A DNA stretch of 64,000 bases from Rhabdothermincola salaria (lineage in GTDB: Bacteria; Actinomycetota; Acidimicrobiia; Acidimicrobiales; Acidimicrobilacustridaceae): positions 620,001-684,000 of the forward strand of contig NZ_JAJQXW010000002.1 in assembly GCF_021246445.1 (NCBI RefSeq). The letters run 5' to 3'. Under the pieces are notes generated by a model, which saw only the letters and a program-made list of their open reading frames with translations, had not been told where the DNA came from and made no database searches. Positions 9,665 to 18,053 of the stretch are shown piece by piece; within the stretch, counting starts at the first letter, position 1, and each line of letters begins with the position of its first letter. Both the position numbers and the translations under genes were made by a program.

Positions 9665-10303
9665 ATGGGCGACGCCTTCGAGCAGGTCAGAACCCGTTGG
9701 CAGGCCGAAGGTCTGGTCGACGACCTGCTCGCCGACGATCCCTTCGAGCAGTTCCGCCGGTGGATGGACCAGTGCCTCGAGGTGGGCCTGCACGAGCCCG
9801 AGGCCATGGTGGTGGCCTCGGTCGGCGCCGACGGCATGCCGTCGGCCCGCCACGTGCTGCTCAAGGAGCTCGACCATGGCTTCGTGTTCTTCACCAACTA
9901 CGAGAGCCGCAAGGGCCACGAGCTCGACGGGCACCCCAAGGCGGCCGTGTGCTTCCCGTGGAACCTCGTCTCCCGCCAGGTACGAGCCGTTGGCGGGGTC
10001 GAACGGGTGACTGTCGAGGAGTCCGACGCCTACTTCGCCACCCGGCCCCGCAGCGCCCAGATCGGGGCATGGGCGTCGCGCCAGAGCGAGGCCATCGACG
10101 ATCGAGCCACCCTCGAGGCGTGGGTGGCCGAGGCCGAGGCCTGCTTCGACGGCATCGACGTGCCCCGTCCGCCCCACTGGGGCGGCTATCGGATCGTGCC
10201 GGTCGAGTTCGAGTTCTGGCAGGGCCGACCGGCCCGCCTCCACGATCGCATCCGCTACGAGCCCGCGGCCGACGGCTGGCGGCGCGAACGGCTCAGCCCC
10301 TGA
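9665..10303 (+). CDS. pdxH: Pyridoxamine 5'-phosphate oxidase
   Basis: RHVLLK, FFTNYESRKG and EFWQGR..RLHDR motifs. Start uncertain (9641-9665). Confidence 0.95.
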   Translation: MGDAFEQVRTRWQAEGLVDDLLADDPFEQFRRWMDQCLEVGLHEPEAMVVASVGADGMPSARHVLLKELDHGFVFFTNYESRKGHELDGHPKAAVCFPWNLVSRQVRAVGGVERVTVEESDAYFATRPRSAQIGAWASRQSEAIDDRATLEAWVAEAEACFDGIDVPRPPHWGGYRIVPVEFEFWQGRPARLHDRIRYEPAADGWRRERLSP

Positions 10304-10335
10304 GGTCCTGGCGTCGGATCAGGCGGGGCTCACCC

Positions 10336-10980
10336 TCATGCCATCGTCGGGACGTCGAGGCTGGCCATCAGCTCGCGGACCCGACGGCCGATGTCGTCGC
10401 GCACACCGCGGACCATGGCGACGGACTGGCCGGCGGGGTCCTCGAGGACCCAGTCCTCGTAGCGCTTGCCGGGGAAGATCGGGCAGGCGTCGCCGCAACC
10501 CATGGTGATGATGACGTCGGCGGCGCGGGCGATCTCGTCGGTCCAGGGCTTGGGGGACTCGTCGGCGATGTCGACCCCGATCTCGGCCATGGCCTCGACG
10601 GCTGCCGGGTTGATCTGGCTGCCGGGGTCCGACCCGCCGGAGAACACGTCGATCTGGTCGCCGGCCAGGTGGCGCAGCCAACCGGCCGCCATCTGCGAAC
10701 GTCCGGCGTTGTGCACGCACAGGAAGAGGACGGCGGGCCGGTCGGGGGTGCCGACCTCGAGTCGGGCCAGGGCCCGAAGACGCTCACGGGCGAAACGCTC
10801 GATGAGTATGGGGAGCCATTCGGTGAACCTGGCGCGCGCCAGGAGCTGGTCGCGAGAGTCGTCCAGGTAGCGCTCGATCGTCTCCGGCGAGAAGACGCCC
10901 GAGAACTCCTGGCTGATCCGCCGGGCACCCTCGCGGAGCATGAGCTGTTGCTCGGTGGTGAGCTCGGTGGCATCGGACAT
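10336..10980 (-). CDS. arsC: Arsenate reductase ArsC (LMW-PTP fold) with N-terminal helical domain
   Basis: CVHNAGRSQM P-loop, MGCGDACP and DW..EDP. ATG 10980 has an SD (AGGAG). Confidence 0.92.
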   Translation of the reverse strand: MSDATELTTEQQLMLREGARRISQEFSGVFSPETIERYLDDSRDQLLARARFTEWLPILIERFARERLRALARLEVGTPDRPAVLFLCVHNAGRSQMAAGWLRHLAGDQIDVFSGGSDPGSQINPAAVEAMAEIGVDIADESPKPWTDEIARAADVIITMGCGDACPIFPGKRYEDWVLEDPAGQSVAMVRGVRDDIGRRVRELMASLDVPTMA

Positions 10981-10990
10981 GGTGGGGCTC

Positions 10991-11656
10991 CTACGGGGTG
11001 GGTGGGGGGCTCGTGAGTGCACCGATGCGGCCTTCGAGGGCCGTCAGGGCGTCCTCGAAGGCCGCATCGGTTCCCAGGGGGACGGGATCGGGGATCGACC
11101 AGTGCAACCAGGTCGTCTCGGGGTCGAGCTCCTCGTGGGCCTGGTCGCACACGGTCACGACGGTGGTGTCGTGGAGCTGGGCGGGATCGAGGAGCCGGGG
11201 TCGGGCGTCGGAGAGGTCGAGCCCCGCTCGTCGGGCGGCGGCGACCGCGCCCGGGTGGACCCGCTCGGCGGGGTGGGTGCCGGCGCTGTCGGCGGGGGCC
11301 CCGGTGGTGCGGGTCCAGAGAGCCGCAGCCAGCTGCGAACGCGCCGAGTTGTGGGTGCAGACGAACACGATGCGGTCATCAGCCACGGTGGGGCCGACCA
11401 GGAGGGAGTCGAGGCGTCGCGGGTCGAGGGTGACGTAGCGGCGCCGAGCGTCACCCGAGGAGGGGCGGCGCTCGATCAGCCCCACCCGCTCCAGGGTGTC
11501 GAGGTGGTGGGCCAGCAGGCTGGAGCTGAGGTGGTGCCGCTCGGCGAGCTCGCCCGGGGAGCGATCGGAGGCGACCAGATCCTCGACGATGCCCAACCGC
11601 ACCGGTTCGCCCAGCGCGGCGTGCACCTCCGCCCGTTCCCGCAGCTTCTCGTCCAC
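10991..11656 (-). CDS. ArsR-family HTH fused to an ArsC/LMW-PTP-like domain
   Basis: ALGEPVRLGI...LAHHLDTL winged HTH, then CTHNSARSQ, TVCD and HWSIPDP. Start is GTG 11656 or TTG 11668. Confidence 0.88.
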   Translation of the reverse strand: MDEKLRERAEVHAALGEPVRLGIVEDLVASDRSPGELAERHHLSSSLLAHHLDTLERVGLIERRPSSGDARRRYVTLDPRRLDSLLVGPTVADDRIVFVCTHNSARSQLAAALWTRTTGAPADSAGTHPAERVHPGAVAAARRAGLDLSDARPRLLDPAQLHDTTVVTVCDQAHEELDPETTWLHWSIPDPVPLGTDAAFEDALTALEGRIGALTSPPPTP

Positions 11657-11659
11657 ACG

Positions 11660-11691
11660 ATGACTCAATCACTCAAGATCGGTTGAGTCAA
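11660..11691. promoter_or_regulatory. Inverted-repeat operator overlapping the promoter of the ArsR-ArsC fusion gene
   Basis: TGACTCAA (11661-11668) N14 TTGAGTCA (11683-11690). Minus-strand TTGACT is a -35 candidate. Confidence 0.65.
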
Positions 11692-11809
11692 TATCCACTG
11701 AGTGAACTTCAGGCCAACTCAGGACGAGGCGCACTCAGCAAGGAGGCTCAGCCAGGTCCGGGGTTTCGGCGAAGCCGGCGGAGGGAGGCTTGCCGACCGG
11801 AGCAAGATG

Positions 11810-12742
11810 TCACGGCAGCAGCTTCATGACCTGGTCGGCGACGAGGCGGAGGTGGTCGTGGTCGTCGATGTCGAGGACCTGGAGGTAGAGGCGTTCGCAG
11901 CCGGCCTCGGCGTAGGTGGCGATGGTGTCGAGCACCTCGGAGGGCGTGCCGGCGGCACCGTTCTGGCGCAACTCGTCGGCGGCCCGTCCGATGTTGCCGG
12001 CTCGCAGCTCGACCTCGGCGTCGTTGCGACCGCAGCACAGCACGAGGGCCGCCGAGAAGCGCACGGAGCTCGGGTCGCGCTCGGCGCGTTCGCAGGCGGC
12101 GCGCACCCGGTCGCGCTGGCGGGTGAAGGTCTCGACGGGAGCGAAGGGGAGGTTGAACTCGTCGGCGTAGAGGGCGGCCAGCTCGGGGGTGCGGCGCGGA
12201 CCGTGGCCGCCGATGATGATCGGGGGCCCGCCGGCCTGGACGGGCTTGGGCAGCGCCGGCGAACCGACCAGGCCGTAGTGGTCGCCCTCGAAGGTGAACT
12301 GGGCGTCGTCGGGGGTGTGCCAGAGGCCGGTGATGATGGCCAGCTGCTCCTCGAGGCGGTCGAAGCGCTCCTTGAGGGTCGGGAAGGGGATGCCGTAGGC
12401 CACGTGCTCGTCGTCGAACCATCCGGCGCCGATACCCAGCTCCACCCGGCCGCCGCTCATCTCGTCGACCTGGGCCACGGCGACGGCGAGCGGTCCGGGG
12501 AGGCGGAACGTGGCCGAGCATACGAGGGTGCCGAGACGGATGGTGGTGGTCTCGCGGGCCAGGGCGCCGAGGGTGACCCAGGTGTCGGTCGGGCCCGGGA
12601 GACCGCTGACGTCGCCCATCTTCAGGTAGTGGTCGGAGCGGAAGAAGCCATCGAACCCCAGGCCCTCGGCCAGTTGGGCCAGAGCCAGCTGCTGGCCGTA
12701 GCTGGCGCCCTGCTGCGGCTCGACGAAGACACGGAGGTCCAT
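11810..12742 (-). CDS. LLM-class F420-dependent oxidoreductase
   Basis: EPQQGA, FFRSDHY, SGGRVELGIGAGW and PIIIGG motifs. Confidence 0.92.
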   Translation of the reverse strand: MDLRVFVEPQQGASYGQQLALAQLAEGLGFDGFFRSDHYLKMGDVSGLPGPTDTWVTLGALARETTTIRLGTLVCSATFRLPGPLAVAVAQVDEMSGGRVELGIGAGWFDDEHVAYGIPFPTLKERFDRLEEQLAIITGLWHTPDDAQFTFEGDHYGLVGSPALPKPVQAGGPPIIIGGHGPRRTPELAALYADEFNLPFAPVETFTRQRDRVRAACERAERDPSSVRFSAALVLCCGRNDAEVELRAGNIGRAADELRQNGAAGTPSEVLDTIATYAEAGCERLYLQVLDIDDHDHLRLVADQVMKLLP

Positions 12743-12756
12743 GGTGCGCTGCTCCC

Positions 12757-12788
12757 GGGTGGTCGGTGGGTGGTCGGTGGGTGGTCGG
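12757..12788. repeat. Three tandem 11-bp repeats GGGTGGTCGGT
   Basis: Units start at 12757, 12768 and 12779, in the ccdA-LLM intergenic gap. Confidence 0.8.
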
Positions 12789-12811
12789 CGATCAGGCGGG
12801 GGTGACGGAGG

Positions 12812-13714
12812 TCAGGAGACGGACTCGGTGTCCCGCCGCCGCCGGCGATCGTCGCGCGCATCCTGCAGCGCCCGGGTGATGAGCACGGTCAGGACGGCGA
12901 CGCAGATGACGAGGGCGAGCAACAGGCCGAGGCGGGTGGGGCCGACGTCGCTGACCCAGGTGCTCATGCGACCGTTGAGGTCGAACATCCACTGCGCCAC
13001 GCCGCCGCCGCCGAGCTCGCCCCGGGCGACGCGCAGCTCGTACCAGCCGTAGTAGGCGACGTACGCCCCGGCGACGATCAACAGCACGCCGGAGATGCGG
13101 TTGACGTACGGCAGGACGCGTCGCACGTTGCGCACCAGGGACTGGCGGGCCACGGCGATGGCGAGGGTGAGCACCATGATCACGAGACCCATGCCGAGGC
13201 CGTAGGCGACGAACGCCCCGACCCCGACGCCGAAGCTCTGGGTCTCGATGGTGGTGACCACCGCGGCGGTGAACAAGGCGATGGTGCACGACAGCGACAC
13301 GAGGGCGTAGGAGACGCCGAAGAGGAACACGGAGGTGAACTCGCGGGAGTCGGTGCCCCGGTTGAACTTGGGCAGGTTCACCGTGAAGGTGCGGCCCGTG
13401 AGCATGTAGGCGCCCAGCACCACGAGGACCACCCCGAGGGCGATGGTGACCCAGGGGAGGTACTCCTGGACGGTGGAGAGCACCGGCCGCAGCACCAGCC
13501 CGAGGATCCCGAAGACCACCACGAACCCGAGGGTCATCACCGCCCCGACGGCGAGCGCTCGCAGCACGGTGGTCTGGGCGTCGCGACCTTCGGGATGGGA
13601 GGAGCCCTCGATGCCCAGGAAGTACGAGAGGTAGGCGGGCAGCATGGCGAAGCCGCACGGGTTGAACGTGGCCACCATGCCGACGCCGAAGGCGTAGACG
13701 ACCGAGGCGTTCAC
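12812..13714 (-). CDS. ccdA: CcdA/DsbD-beta cytochrome c biogenesis thiol-redox membrane protein
   Basis: FNPCGFAMLPAY and LSCT motifs, multiple TM helices. Confidence 0.88.
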   Translation of the reverse strand: MNASVVYAFGVGMVATFNPCGFAMLPAYLSYFLGIEGSSHPEGRDAQTTVLRALAVGAVMTLGFVVVFGILGLVLRPVLSTVQEYLPWVTIALGVVLVVLGAYMLTGRTFTVNLPKFNRGTDSREFTSVFLFGVSYALVSLSCTIALFTAAVVTTIETQSFGVGVGAFVAYGLGMGLVIMVLTLAIAVARQSLVRNVRRVLPYVNRISGVLLIVAGAYVAYYGWYELRVARGELGGGGVAQWMFDLNGRMSTWVSDVGPTRLGLLLALVICVAVLTVLITRALQDARDDRRRRRDTESVS

Positions 13715-13721
13715 CGGGACC

Positions 13722-14378
13722 TCACGCCCGGAGGTGTTCGTCGATGAGGTCTTGGAGCTCGGTGGCGGTGAGGGGCCCGGTGTGCACGTCGACGATCGTG
13801 CCGTCGGCGGTCACGAGCACGGTGGTGGGCAGGTTGACGGTGCCCAGCTCCCGGACGAGCTCGCCGCTGAGGTCGCGGCCGACCGGATAGGTGATGCCGG
13901 TCTGTTCGATCATCCTCAGCCCGTCCTCGGCGGATGACTCCAAGGCCTGCAACCCGAGCATGCCCACCTGGTCGACGTTGGCCCGGTACACCTCGTCGAA
14001 GGCCGGCATCTCGGCCACGCAGGGGATGCACCACGAGGCCCACACGTTGATGACGAGCGGGCGACCGTCGGTGCTGAGCTGGGCGGTGCCGCCCTCGAAG
14101 AGCGTGTAGGAGGCGTCGGGCAGCTTCTCGCCCTCGGCCTCCGATGCGGCCTGGCTGGTGAGCTCGTCGGGGGCGAAGTCGCTCTGGGGCAGGGTGGCCC
14201 CGGGCGTGAGCCGCTCGGTGGGGACGGCCGTGTCGTCGCCGTCGGAGCGGAAGGCCACGAAGGTGGCGATGGCCAACACGACCGTGGCCAGGGCGACCGC
14301 CGTCAGCAGCCCTCGTGACACTCGGCGCGGTGCCGGGACCGGTGCTCGGTCCTCGGGGGGGAGTTCGGTGGTTTCCAT
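13722..14378 (-). CDS. Membrane-anchored TlpA/ResA-like thioredoxin
   Basis: Single TM helix, WASWCIPC..EMP and LPTT motifs. Start taken as ATG 14378. Confidence 0.9.
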   Translation of the reverse strand: METTELPPEDRAPVPAPRRVSRGLLTAVALATVVLAIATFVAFRSDGDDTAVPTERLTPGATLPQSDFAPDELTSQAASEAEGEKLPDASYTLFEGGTAQLSTDGRPLVINVWASWCIPCVAEMPAFDEVYRANVDQVGMLGLQALESSAEDGLRMIEQTGITYPVGRDLSGELVRELGTVNLPTTVLVTADGTIVDVHTGPLTATELQDLIDEHLRA

Positions 14379-14660
14379 AGGGCAGGCCCGGCCATGACGG
14401 TAGCGGGGAGGCCGGGTGCGCCCCAATCGCCACAGGCCCCGGACGTCAGGGCCGTTCGTCACTCCTGCGCGTGCCCTGCGGTCTGTCGCCCGCGAGGTTG
14501 GGGGTGCCCCCACCCGTCCGCCGCCCGAGCAGCAGGCGACGCCGGCACGAGGCCGCGGCATCGCCCGGCGAGGGGCGGGGACGGGGGTGGGGGCCGTGGT
14601 CCCGGAGGGACCTGGGTCCGGCGCCGGCGAGGAGGGGGAGCCGGCCGGCGCCGGACCGGG

Positions 14661-15005
14661 TCAGGCGCTGCGCAGGTGGCTGCGCAGGTGGACCGGCACC
14701 GGGATGTCCGGCAGCTGGTCCTCGGGGCGGGGCACCTTGGGCGGGCGCCCCACCGGCCGCTTGGTGGTGAGGATGCGGCCGTTGAGGAAGAGTTGCCCGC
14801 CCCAGACGCCCCACGGCTCGTGGCGCTCGATGGCACCCTCCAGGCAGGCCAGCTGGATGGGGCACTCCATGCAGATCCGCTTGGCGCGGATGACGTCTCG
14901 GAGCTCCTCGGAGAAGAAGACGCCGGTGAGTGAGCCCTCGAGGTCCCGGCAGGCGGCCTGGTCCTGCACGGCGCTGGAGATGTCGTCGATCGGCTCGGCG
15001 AGCAT
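14661..15005 (-). CDS. whiB7: WhiB7/WblC-type transcription factor
   Basis: Four Cys (C..CMEC..C), EPWGVWGG turn and C-terminal AT-hook KRPVGRPPK. Confidence 0.88.
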   Translation of the reverse strand: MLAEPIDDISSAVQDQAACRDLEGSLTGVFFSEELRDVIRAKRICMECPIQLACLEGAIERHEPWGVWGGQLFLNGRILTTKRPVGRPPKVPRPEDQLPDIPVPVHLRSHLRSA

Positions 15006-15069
15006 CGTGGTGTCCCTTCTGGCAGTGGTCGGTGGTGAGGTGCGGTGGGTGGGAGCAGAGCGGCGCAAC

Positions 15070-15101
15070 GCAGAAAGGCCGCCGGGAGAACCCGGCGGCC
15101 T
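15070..15101 (-). terminator. Intrinsic terminator (attenuator) in the whiB7 leader
   Basis: Minus strand AGGCCGCCGGG-TTCT-CCCGGCGGCCT followed by TTCTGCGTT; 11-bp stem. Confidence 0.8.
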
Positions 15102-15126
15102 GGGAGCGAACTCTGCGTAGCTGGTG

Positions 15127-15306
15127 CTACGAGGTCGGGCTCGGGGGCCGCCGGGACGGGTGCTTGTGGTTCATCCAGAAGCCGAAGCCGGCGATCGGGC
15201 GATACCACGGGGCGGTGGTGGTGGACACCACGGCCGGAGCGGCGGCGCGCACGACGACGGCCGACGCGGCACCGGTGGTGCAGGCGAGGGCGGCAGTCGT
15301 GAACAT
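15127..15306 (-). CDS. whiB7 leader peptide (uORF, 59 aa, leaderless)
   Basis: MFTTAALACTTGAASAVVVRAAAPAVVSTTTAPWYRPIAGFGFWMNHKHPSRRPPSPTS. The SRRP codons are complementary to the terminator 5' arm. Confidence 0.75.
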   Translation of the reverse strand: MFTTAALACTTGAASAVVVRAAAPAVVSTTTAPWYRPIAGFGFWMNHKHPSRRPPSPTS

Positions 15307-15313
15307 GGCGACA

Positions 15314-15351
15314 ACGAAACCACGGGTCGCCGACGACGTCAAAGAGGTTTC
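15314..15351 (-). promoter_or_regulatory. WhiB7-type promoter: A-rich box, -35 and -10
   Basis: Minus strand GAAACC-tct-TTGACG-N17-TTTCGT-N7-ATG(15306). Confidence 0.65.
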
Positions 15352-15370
15352 TCCAGCGCGTTCGGGCTGG

Positions 15371-16801
15371 TCAGCCCCGTGGGGCGACGACGCGGCCGTA
15401 GAAGAGGGGCACGCCGGTGGCCCGGTCCGTCACCAGCACCAGGAACGGTCGGTCGACGACCACGATGGCTCGCCCCTCGTCGATGTCGGAGGAGTCGACC
15501 GGTGGGGGGCGTGGCGTGACCGTCGACGGCGCCTCCTCGGACGTCGACGGCGAGCTCGCGGGGGAGGAGACGGTCGTCGTGGTGGTGGTCGTGGAGGTCG
15601 TCGTGGAGCGGGGCGGCGACCCGCTGGCCTCGGTGCCCTCCTCGTCGATGGCGAGGAACGTCTGGTGGGCCACACCGCCGAGGGCCAAGGGCTCGTCGTC
15701 GGTGATGCCCGCGAAGTCGGCCACGGCGCGATCGAACGCGTCGACCACCCCGAGGGTGCGCAAGGCGTCGTCGAGGCGGAGATCGGAGGTCACCGCGAAC
15801 TGGGGCACCGAGACGTCGACCGGCGTGCGCCGCAGCGCTCTCCTCAGCTGGACCAGGCCGGGGCCGTCGAGGGAGGTCTCGACCGCACCGAAACGCCCGG
15901 GGTCGGGGACCACGAAGGTGATGTGGAGCTCGTCGCCGAGGTAGGGCACCTCGACCGCCGTCCAGTCGTCGCCGGTGGCCATGCGGGCGTCGGTGTCCTC
16001 GAACCGGCGCATCAGGGGCACGCTGACGACCGTGCCGTCGAGGCGTTCGAAGTCGGCCAGGCGGGTGTCGCGTCGATCGAAAGGATGGGACCACGGAGCC
16101 CGGAGGGCGGCCCCGCTCGTGGCGAGGAACCGGGTGAACTGGTCGAGCGATCCACGATCGAGCAGGGGGTCGAGGTAGTCGGCGCTGGTGTCGGCCATCC
16201 ACTCGTTGATCGTGCGGCGGGCCGCTTCGGGGTCGGACCGGAAGTCGGTCACCCGCACCCCCGTGTCCCAGGTCTCGGCCAGCCCGGTGAGCCACGGCAC
16301 CCCGAACGTCGTGGCCCGCTGCGCCCACAACGAGGCCGGGGTCATCACGGTGATCTCGCCCTCGCGGCCGGTGTCGCGGTTCGCCCGCGTGCCGGAGAGG
16401 CGGGGCAGGGTGCGCGCCGCGGCCGCCATGGCGTCCTCGTCGCCCTCGTCGAGGTGCAGCACCCGGCCCAGCTGCTCTCGAGTGGCGCCACCCGCCCCGC
16501 TCCAGGCCTGGGTCAGCCCGGCGGCGACGGGGACGGGGCTGACGACTGCGTTGGCGAGGGGGTCGCGCTCGACCAGGGCACGGTGCAGGTCGGCGGCGAA
16601 CGCCCACAGGCTGTCGGCCACGGCGCGAGCCTCGCCGGCGGTGACCGGCGCGGGCTCGACGTCGGCGGTGACCTGTTGGCCGAGGTCCGGCGCGCAGGCG
16701 GCGAGCAGCGTCGCCGCTGCCACCGAGACGGCGAACAGGGCGCCGTGGGAGCGGGACCGGCGTCGCCGGCTCGCCGCGTGGACCTGGCGTGGCCTGCGCA
16801 T
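15371..16801 (-). CDS. Serpin-family lipoprotein with an expanded Ser/Thr/Pro-rich reactive centre loop
   Basis: Lipobox LAAC, VVSP, INEWM, VEVPY, IDEEGTEA hinge and DRPF...LFYGRV. -10 TACGGT lies 7 nt before ATG 16801. Confidence 0.88.
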   Translation of the reverse strand: MRRPRQVHAASRRRRSRSHGALFAVSVAAATLLAACAPDLGQQVTADVEPAPVTAGEARAVADSLWAFAADLHRALVERDPLANAVVSPVPVAAGLTQAWSGAGGATREQLGRVLHLDEGDEDAMAAAARTLPRLSGTRANRDTGREGEITVMTPASLWAQRATTFGVPWLTGLAETWDTGVRVTDFRSDPEAARRTINEWMADTSADYLDPLLDRGSLDQFTRFLATSGAALRAPWSHPFDRRDTRLADFERLDGTVVSVPLMRRFEDTDARMATGDDWTAVEVPYLGDELHITFVVPDPGRFGAVETSLDGPGLVQLRRALRRTPVDVSVPQFAVTSDLRLDDALRTLGVVDAFDRAVADFAGITDDEPLALGGVAHQTFLAIDEEGTEASGSPPRSTTTSTTTTTTTVSSPASSPSTSEEAPSTVTPRPPPVDSSDIDEGRAIVVVDRPFLVLVTDRATGVPLFYGRVVAPRG

Positions 16802-16827
16802 GCCCCTCACCGTAGAGGTGGAGGGGG

Positions 16828-18012
16828 TCAGGTCCCCTCGGCGTCGAGGGCGTCGAGGGCGCTGGTGGCGGCGGCGAGCAGGCGAGCCGAGCAGCCGCCC
16901 ATGTCGATGGGCGGGGCCAGGTCGTCGGCCAGTCGGGAGGCGATGGCCCGGAAGGCGTCGGCGGCGGCGCCGTCGCCGAGGGCGATGGGCCGCCCCACGT
17001 CGCTGCCGCTCGACACGGACGGTTCGAGGGGGATGGCGCCGAGCAGGGGGATCTCGGCGTCGTGGGCGAGCGCCGCGCCTCCGCCCGAGCCGAAGAGGGG
17101 GTAGGTGGTGCCGTGCTCGCACTCGAAGGCGCTCATGTTCTCGACGGCGCCGAGGACGCGCAGGTAGCTCTTGCGGGCCATGGTGACGGCCCGGGCGGCG
17201 ACCTTCTGGGCGGCCAACGCCGGCGTGGTGACGACGATCATCTCCGCCTGGGGGAGCATGCGGGCCAGGCCCATCTGGACGTCGCCCGTGCCGGGCGGCA
17301 TGTCGATGACGAGGTACTGCAGGTCGTCGGGCCAGGCCACGTCCTCGAGGAAGTGCTGGACGGCCCGGTTGAGGATGAGCCCACGCCACATGAGGGCGTC
17401 GGTCTCGTCGTCGACGAGCAGACCCATCGACACCACCTCGAGGCGGCCGGCACCGATGTCGAGGCGTTGGGGCACGATGCGGGTGGAACCGGAGGCGTCC
17501 TTGGTGGCCTCGAGCCGGGCGTCGAGCCCGAGCATGCGCGGCAGCGAGAACCCCCAGATGTCGGCGTCGAGCACGCCGACGGCGTACCCCTGGGCGGCCA
17601 GGGCGGCCGCCAGGTTGGCCGACACCGACGACTTGCCCACGCCGCCCTTGCCCGACGCCACGGCCAGCACCCGGGTGGTGGGGGGCACGGCGGTGGTGGG
17701 TGCGCTCTCCTTGACGTTCCAGCGGGCCTTGGCCATGGCCGCCGACTTCTGCTCCGGGGTCATCTCGCCCCAGTCGATCTTCACCGACTCGACCCCGGGG
17801 AGGTCGGCGATGCGGGCCTTGATCTCGGACTGGAGCTGGGCGCGCAGCGGGCACCCGGCCGTGGTGAGCGCGACGTCGACGACCACGTGCCCGGCGTCGT
17901 CGACGGTGGCCCGTCGGGCCATGCCGAGCTCGACGATGTCGGTGCCGAGCTCGGGGTCGATCACGCCGCGCAGGGTGGCGAGTACGTCGTCGGAGGTCGG
18001 GACAGCGGACAT
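16828..18012 (-). CDS. apbC: Mrp/ApbC (NBP35) Fe-S carrier ATPase with N-terminal DUF59/SufT-like domain
   Basis: DPELG..IVELG, TTAGCP, SGKGGVGKS, DADIWG, WRG, DMPPGTGD and ENMS motifs. Confidence 0.93.
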   Translation of the reverse strand: MSAVPTSDDVLATLRGVIDPELGTDIVELGMARRATVDDAGHVVVDVALTTAGCPLRAQLQSEIKARIADLPGVESVKIDWGEMTPEQKSAAMAKARWNVKESAPTTAVPPTTRVLAVASGKGGVGKSSVSANLAAALAAQGYAVGVLDADIWGFSLPRMLGLDARLEATKDASGSTRIVPQRLDIGAGRLEVVSMGLLVDDETDALMWRGLILNRAVQHFLEDVAWPDDLQYLVIDMPPGTGDVQMGLARMLPQAEMIVVTTPALAAQKVAARAVTMARKSYLRVLGAVENMSAFECEHGTTYPLFGSGGGAALAHDAEIPLLGAIPLEPSVSSGSDVGRPIALGDGAAADAFRAIASRLADDLAPPIDMGGCSARLLAAATSALDALDAEGT

Positions 18013-18053
18013 GGGAAACATTCTACCGGCTCGGGCCGTGTAAACTCGGAGGC

